DNA of 64,000 nucleotides from a virus (Duplodnaviria; Heunggongvirae; Uroviricota; Caudoviricetes): IMG/VR virus record IMGVR_UViG_3300046460_000418; one strand, 5' to 3'. Shown piece by piece: positions 59,501 to 64,000 of this stretch (position 1 is its first letter; each line of letters starts with the position of its first letter). The notes under the pieces were generated by a model. It saw only the letters and a program-made list of their open reading frames with translations, ran no database searches and was not told where the DNA came from. The position numbers and the translations under genes were made by a program.

Positions 59501-62500
59501 GGTGACGCCTGGCAGCGCTGAGGCAATATCGTTTGAGTAGAAGCGAACGTTGCCGTAAGTGTTTGCAATCGAGAGGTTCGCCGTAGCATACGGCGGGGTC
59601 ATCACCACCGGTTTGCCTATACGCGTAGTGATGTCGGAGACGTTGAGCACGATGCTTTCGGTGCTCGATATGACGCTAATCGTCAGGTTGACCGAGGCGT
59701 TGGCTCCGAGGCTGTCGGTGCCAGAAACGATGATGTTCTTGTAAGTCCCGATGACATTCGAGATGCCAGCGAAGTGAACATTGCCGCTGTTGATCGTGTA
59801 GGAGACGCCGGGTGGCAGGTTGGAGACGCCGGTCACGGACCAATTGGACGGGGTAATGCCAGCGCCGTTCGGCGTGTTGATGGCCGAGACAGTCAGGTCT
59901 ACGTCATCCTGGAAGACGACGATGCCGCGCGGGTTGCTGGAGGCGACCAGTTGCAACGGGGCTCGGGGGTCGACTGTGAACGATACTGCAGGCGCATCGA
60001 TATGACGGCCAGCCGCATCGGTGCCGCGATAGACGATACCTGCATAGCTTCCCTGAACCGAGGGATAGCCAAGGTATGACAGCGTGCTTCCGTTTCCGAC
60101 AGCGGAAACCTTAGTCGGCAGGGTGCCAGCAACCTTGGACCATGTGATCGGCAGGCCGTAGGCACCGTTCTGGACGGTCGTCTGAACGGTCGGCTGCGAG
60201 GTGTATTGATGCAGGGTCTCGGTTGAGAGGCTGTTGGATACGATCAGGTCGGCGGCAGGGGCGACATTGATGGTGAACGCACCAGACGAAGCCGTATTAT
60301 CGTCCGCAATATGGGGGTCGTCCTGCTTCAAATAGTGGTTGGCGTGATCGTCGTAGGCCGTAAGAACAATCCCACCGAAGACACCGCTGCGCGAAGGCGT
60401 GCCCGTCAGGGTCAGCTTGAGCGTATCAAAGATCATCGCGTCGAGCGGCATGCCAACAGGCAGCGTCGAAACACCCATGTCCTGTGTCCAAATCTGCTCC
60501 GACCCGTCGGAATTGAAGTGGGCGTAGGTCACCTGACCGCTGAGATCGTCGTTGGCGTAAGTCTTGTAGACCAGTGTGCCCGGTAGATTATCCGAAACCG
60601 CGTAGGAAACCTTGCCCATGACGTTGGTCGCAGGCGCGAACTGGATCGAAACTGGCTGGCCGAACTGCGTCGTTGAATAGTTCGTCGCTACGCCTGGCTG
60701 GTCAAGCTTGAGCCCGTCAATGACGTTGACCTTGAAGGTCAGCAGTGACTGCAGCCCTCGCGGGTCTGGGTCGCTATCAACAGCCTTAAGGGTCCACTGC
60801 GCCAGTCCCGGGTTGGCAACATGTCCAAGGAACGAGCCAAGGGTGGAATTGAGCGCGAGGGTCGATGGCTTGTCGGACGACGAAGCAGTAACCGTCCCGA
60901 CAGCGTTGCTGAAAACCTGCGTCGGAGTGGAGAAGGTCTCGCGAATACGGATATCGGCAAGCGTCTGGCCGCCAGGCGAGGCAATAACATAGCCGTCGAG
61001 CGTCGAGCGAACAGTGACCGTCGCTTCAGCCGTGGAAGCAGGAATGTCGCTGTCAGAAGCCGTAACCGTGACGGTCCAGGTTCCAAGCCGCTGCGGTCCG
61101 CCGACGAACTGACCGGTGTTCTTGTTGACGGTAAGGCCCGAGCCGCCGTCATCAGTGACTGCGAACGTGATCGGCAGGACCTTCGAGCCAGTGACAGTCG
61201 GAGCTGGGCTGAACTGGTCATGATTGGTGACCGACATATTGGCCTGGCTGAGGTAGAAGAAAACCTTGGCAGGGGTCAGCGTCAGGTGCAGGTCGGAACG
61301 ATCAACGATATTGATGCTGAAGGGAGCGGTGTCGGCGTAGATGCCAGAGGTGTTATCCTTGGCGCGGATGATGATCCCATCGAAGGACTTCTTGGCGACC
61401 GATGACGTCCCGACAATCTGAGCGCCGGACAGTGACATGCCGGTGGGCAGTGGTGCGGATAGCGGTGAAAGAGAATAACTGACTGTGCCGTAGTATCCGG
61501 CGTTCGGGAGAGCGGTAATGTTCTGATCGCGGGCATCGGAGAGCCGGGCGACATCGTAGGAAGTCTGAGAGGTCCGGACGTCCGGAACCGGCCGAACGGT
61601 CAGATGAGTCGTTGCCTTACCGGGGCGTCCAACCGAATCCTCGAAGTTGACGGTGACATCACCATCAAATACTTGAGCGGGATTACCACTCAGGATGCCG
61701 GTCGAGAGATCGGGCACCAGTCCGGAGATGGCCGGTTCGATGGATGTGTATCGGACCTGGGCAACTGTTCCGACCAGATACTGTTCCAGGCTCTGGATAT
61801 CCGGAGCCTGCGTTGCCACGAAGGTTGGAAAGGCGCTGGTGCTGACGTTCTTGGTAATGGCAGCCAGGGTCTGCGGCGGGATAGCTGTCGGATCAACGAC
61901 AGCGACGGAGAACGTCTGCGAAACGGACGTATGGCCCTCTGAGTCAGTGACCGTAACAGTGTAACCGTCGACCTGCGTCTTCGACTGCGCCGTGCCGAAG
62001 ATGATGCCGGTGTCAGGGTCGAACGTGAGACCGGCCGGAAGCGCCGGACCGGTTAGGGCATACGTCTTGATGAGGTCGGATGCGAGCGGCGGCTCGGTCG
62101 CATCAAACGGCTTGATCGATGCCTGCTTCTTAACGGTAAAGGAAACTGCCTTCGTATTGCCAGCCACCATTTCCTTGCGGTCAGTGACGACGATGCTGAA
62201 ATCGGGTGAGGAAACGGACTGACCGGACGCGTCGGACAGCTTGAAGTGATAAGGACCATAGCTCATCGGCGGCAACTGGGTGCCACCCGAAATGATGCCT
62301 GTGGAACCGTTGAACGAGAACGTCATGCCAGCAGGAAGTGCCGAAGGCTGGACGCTGAGATCGGCGGCACCGATGACGGTGCTGAGATCGGCGTTGACGC
62401 TTACGACATCGCTGTTGACGTCGTATTGGGCGATAGACGGGATGGTCGTGATGTCGCCAAGTTTCAGCGGATCGCGAGCCGTGAACGGCATCGAGGCGGT

Positions 62501-64000
62501 CATTGTGCGGCCGTCGACAGTGGTGAGCAGGATATTTGCGTTGTAGGAACCTGCAACGTTGACCGGGCCGGTCAGGGTGCCGTTGATTGCATTCCATGCG
62601 AGGGTCGACGGGATATCAGTCGGATTTGTCAGCTCCATCGTCCAGCCGGGTAACAATCCGGCACTCGGCGTGGCCTTACCGGAGACGACGGTCCCAACGC
62701 GAAAGTCGTTCGGCGTGATCGAGGCCGAAAAATCAAAATTGGATGGCGCGATATCCAGGGTGTAGGGACCGCAAATCGGTGTCTGGTCGGTATGGTCGTT
62801 GTTCAGGACGTCAATCTTGACGAGAACGCCGGTCTGCGTCTGCGATTTGATGGGTGTCCCGACAAAGGAACCGTTCGGGTTCAGGGTAATGCCGTCAGGC
62901 AGAATTCCGCCCATCAGGGTGGCCTGCCGGGTGCCAGCAGAGTTACTGGTCGGAATAAAATAGTTAAGTGCCTGACCAACCGTACCGGGGATGATCGTAT
63001 CGGTGATCACGCCACCGTCGCCATAGTTCCCGCACACTGGGTGAGGGCCAAGCGTTCCCAGCAGGAAGTAGTTGCTGTAGCCTATGGTGCCGTCGGCATC
63101 GACGGCCTTATAGCGTATAGACGCCTGATCGTAATAGTTGGGGACCCAACCGCTGACGTGGCGGCTGACGACATTGTTGTCGACGGTCACAGAGCCGGGC
63201 AGGGCTCCGCCGTTCTGGACCTCGACGAAGTAACGGGTGGCCGATGTCGGCAGGGTGTGCAGGACCGGTTCGTTGTAAAAATCGACGCGCAGGGGTCCGT
63301 TTTCCTGGATGTCGACATTGAAGAGCTTGTCGGCGATGTGAGCGAAGGTAGGGCCATCTTCGACGGTATAATTGCCGACGAAGGCCAGGATCGGCTTGTT
63401 TGTGAAATCAAATCCCTGGAGCATCACGGGATAGACGCCAGCCTTGGTCGGTGTTCCGTCGAAGCTTGCCTCTGTGATGGTAACGCCGGTAGGGGCTGGA
63501 TAGAACTTCTGCCAGTGGTCAACGGTTATGCCATTCGGGATTGGCAACGCATTGAAAGAATATTTGCCGGTGTGAGCGTAGATATTGACGGGGTAGGTCG
63601 CGTCAAGCGGAAGAGTATAGACGTCAAACGTCACTTTCGCGGTCGCGACCTGAGCGCCATTACCGTCGACGCCGGTCATTTGGATTGTGGTTCCAAGCCC
63701 AGCCTGCGTTGCCTTGCCCGAGAAGGTCTCGGAACGCGCGTCAAAGGAAATGCCAGCGGGAAGAGAACCGGTGTAGCTCCAGCTGTCGTCTTCCCATTCT
63801 GGCTTCAAAGGAAGTTTGGCGGAAAATGCATATCCGACCCCAAGGGCGTAGGTTGCCGTGATGTCCTTGTTGGCACCTGGGTCATTCGGGCTTGAAGGGG
63901 TTGAAGGGGCTGAAGACGTCCGATAACGGAAGAAATACTCGCCACCGGTCATTTGTTCTGCAGCGGGGACCGCAGATGCCGACAAAAGCACCATCGCCAT
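56555..64000 (-). CDS. Giant secreted repetitive protein, paralog D (>2481 aa; N-terminal few codons off-window): conserved N-terminal module plus many He_PIG-like repeats; C-terminus repeat-rich, no discoidin domain
   Basis: Window-edge translation '...AMVLLSASAVPAAEQMTGGEYFFRYRTSS' is the tail of a signal peptide followed by the family N-terminal module (compare gene A 'GGQFYFRYRVLTTDS'). Repeats 'LPDGITLNPNGSFVGTP', 'LPAGLTFDPDTGIIFGTA', 'LPAGMTISPTTGAISGTVP'. Confidence 0.9.
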   Translation of the reverse strand: MAMVLLSASAVPAAEQMTGGEYFFRYRTSSAPSTPSSPNDPGANKDITATYALGVGYAFSAKLPLKPEWEDDSWSYTGSLPAGISFDARSETFSGKATQAGLGTTIQMTGVDGNGAQVATAKVTFDVYTLPLDATYPVNIYAHTGKYSFNALPIPNGITVDHWQKFYPAPTGVTITEASFDGTPTKAGVYPVMLQGFDFTNKPILAFVGNYTVEDGPTFAHIADKLFNVDIQENGPLRVDFYNEPVLHTLPTSATRYFVEVQNGGALPGSVTVDNNVVSRHVSGWVPNYYDQASIRYKAVDADGTIGYSNYFLLGTLGPHPVCGNYGDGGVITDTIIPGTVGQALNYFIPTSNSAGTRQATLMGGILPDGITLNPNGSFVGTPIKSQTQTGVLVKIDVLNNDHTDQTPICGPYTLDIAPSNFDFSASITPNDFRVGTVVSGKATPSAGLLPGWTMELTNPTDIPSTLAWNAINGTLTGPVNVAGSYNANILLTTVDGRTMTASMPFTARDPLKLGDITTIPSIAQYDVNSDVVSVNADLSTVIGAADLSVQPSALPAGMTFSFNGSTGIISGGTQLPPMSYGPYHFKLSDASGQSVSSPDFSIVVTDRKEMVAGNTKAVSFTVKKQASIKPFDATEPPLASDLIKTYALTGPALPAGLTFDPDTGIIFGTAQSKTQVDGYTVTVTDSEGHTSVSQTFSVAVVDPTAIPPQTLAAITKNVSTSAFPTFVATQAPDIQSLEQYLVGTVAQVRYTSIEPAISGLVPDLSTGILSGNPAQVFDGDVTVNFEDSVGRPGKATTHLTVRPVPDVRTSQTSYDVARLSDARDQNITALPNAGYYGTVSYSLSPLSAPLPTGMSLSGAQIVGTSSVAKKSFDGIIIRAKDNTSGIYADTAPFSINIVDRSDLHLTLTPAKVFFYLSQANMSVTNHDQFSPAPTVTGSKVLPITFAVTDDGGSGLTVNKNTGQFVGGPQRLGTWTVTVTASDSDIPASTAEATVTVRSTLDGYVIASPGGQTLADIRIRETFSTPTQVFSNAVGTVTASSSDKPSTLALNSTLGSFLGHVANPGLAQWTLKAVDSDPDPRGLQSLLTFKVNVIDGLKLDQPGVATNYSTTQFGQPVSIQFAPATNVMGKVSYAVSDNLPGTLVYKTYANDDLSGQVTYAHFNSDGSEQIWTQDMGVSTLPVGMPLDAMIFDTLKLTLTGTPSRSGVFGGIVLTAYDDHANHYLKQDDPHIADDNTASSGAFTINVAPAADLIVSNSLSTETLHQYTSQPTVQTTVQNGAYGLPITWSKVAGTLPTKVSAVGNGSTLSYLGYPSVQGSYAGIVYRGTDAAGRHIDAPAVSFTVDPRAPLQLVASSNPRGIVVFQDDVDLTVSAINTPNGAGITPSNWSVTGVSNLPPGVSYTINSGNVHFAGISNVIGTYKNIIVSGTDSLGANASVNLTISVISSTESIVLNVSDITTRIGKPVVMTPPYATANLSIANTYGNVRFYSNDIASALPGVTINGSTGELLGSVATPTEATFNMFVGDQTARVTSMPMKVTVYPLLRLLVPTNVTLTQGAVANTAIDVSYKIGAATYSKGAGSWPAGVSVDPNSGAIVGTPTAATGTYSGLTISGSDQSGDSEASNSFSIVVNPTAALPVISNITNNKLNFGTVGVAATSFKPTVTDSVGHNPWVYAGTVYSLNHNLTADTGLSFDPSTGTISGTPTAAIIYRDLTITVTSQRGDAATTTPFWFGVAPANAIVPTAGQVTKYYIRIDKGYSSNPLLWDNLIGNKTYTPQSGVTSTFDGVTGVYTDGPEGASALAGQPAGGWPATTKVTDEFGRTGSITQFNFDMSPLTVTVPSGTLAVVIGTAVTDANVPSVTGRYGTLSYTAAGLPAGLQVSPTTGSISGTIPAGYSGPVSVPITVTVTDTYEVNATTATVSYSLTVSNGPITATSGQQTTYNTRLGAAFSTSAPLFYNTIGGVTYTSSALTSGGTFNSATGVITGPYTISGTNTVTITATDSTGRTGTFVVAVTINPVLALAVSSPTTSLNMGQAYTNINTPTVTSLVGIASYTATGLPAGMTISPTTGAISGTVPSSYAGGTTFPVVVTVTDSYDGSTKTASYTLTALLGPITAKAGQQTAYRTRLGAAFSTVAPLFDNTVGGVTYTNSALAPGGSFNGATGVLSGPYTVTGTNTVTITARDSMGRTGTFTVAVTINAAMTMSVPSPTTSLGIGTTYTSINTPTTTNVVGTASYAATGLPPGFAINASGSISGKLALGTPVGQTYPVTVTVTDSYDGSSKSVTYTLTSVAGVLQVAAGQKTYYAVRVDRAWATDPIVVYNGVGTVTFAKYPGQGGNIDSSTGSYYQTGPQNGSAVITGQPAGGWLNTAVISDSRGSINFNAYIESLWGLTTSIPTKTLSPKIGTVYTNINVPSSANVYGTASYVVTGLPTGMTFNSATGSISGTIPASVTGGTTFPVTVTVTDSKDGITATTSYTLTATP
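56560..58510. repeat. Intragenic tandem repeat array at the 3' end of gene D: about 3.5 units of ~540-560 bp, two central units near-identical
   Basis: Protein units 'ITA[TK][SA]GQQT[TA]Y[NR]TRLGAAFST.APLF.NT.GGVTYT.SAL..GG.FN.ATGV..GPYT..GTNTVTITA.DS.GRTGTF.VAVTIN' recur with >80% identity. DNA at about 57400-57660 is highly similar to about 57960-58230. Confidence 0.65.

Noticed and set aside
1-64000. Search for integrase, transposase, IS inverted repeats, conjugation or secretion-system genes that would explain the island-like content
   Set aside because: None recognised in any frame. The island or plasmid character is inferred only from gene content, the low-GC insert and the tRNA-like element.

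Overview
This 64-kb window is high-GC (about 58-60%) and alphaproteobacterium-like, with an accessory, island- or plasmid-like character. No rRNA, CRISPR, IS element or integrase is visible.

The window is dominated by four paralogous giant genes, all on the minus strand: 1-6236 (5' partial), 6784-12576, 47787-54152 and 56555-64000 (N-terminus just off the window). Each encodes a Sec-signal-peptide protein of roughly 2,000 to 2,500 aa. Each is built from a conserved N-terminal module followed by dozens of tandem putative Ig-like / cadherin-like repeats of He_PIG type (motif 'LP.GL.ld..TG.isGtP...G.y'). Two copies end in a discoidin / F5-8-type-C-like domain. Gene D carries near-identical intragenic tandem repeats of about 540 bp.

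Between these sits a roughly 41-kb block (12.6-47.8 kb) of mostly orphan genes:
- A tight operon of five tandem, divergent paralogs of an uncharacterised ~360-aa family (13010-18453), plus an upstream C-terminal fragment of a sixth copy. All end in a conserved 'RW.[LM]RP...[GA][FM][KR]I-COOH' tail. That tail recurs on two otherwise unrelated proteins about 22 kb away; two further ORFs (25275-26108, ending ESLKI; 37710-38036, ending TGFKL) share only the last 3-4 residues (the latter with P3), which could be chance. In one case the final 15 nt are identical.
- A single large protein with an Mrr-like nuclease N-terminus, a complete SF2 DEAH helicase core and five C-terminal HA (helicase-associated) repeats (28262-31405).
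- A translationally coupled signal-peptide protein and acidic partner that looks like a toxin-immunity pair (31662-32872).
- A low-GC insertion carrying a 453-aa orphan (about 32.9-34.5 kb).
- A 695-aa flotillin / SPFH membrane protein and a SAM-dependent methyltransferase.
- A frameshifted alpha/beta-hydrolase pseudogene.
- A tRNA-Asp(GTC)-like element with a degenerate T-arm at 6548-6622.
- Several clear hairpins and terminators.

The most novel signal is the five-paralog operon and its shared C-terminal tag, bracketed by the giant Ig-repeat proteins. I cannot assign it to any described system from sequence alone.
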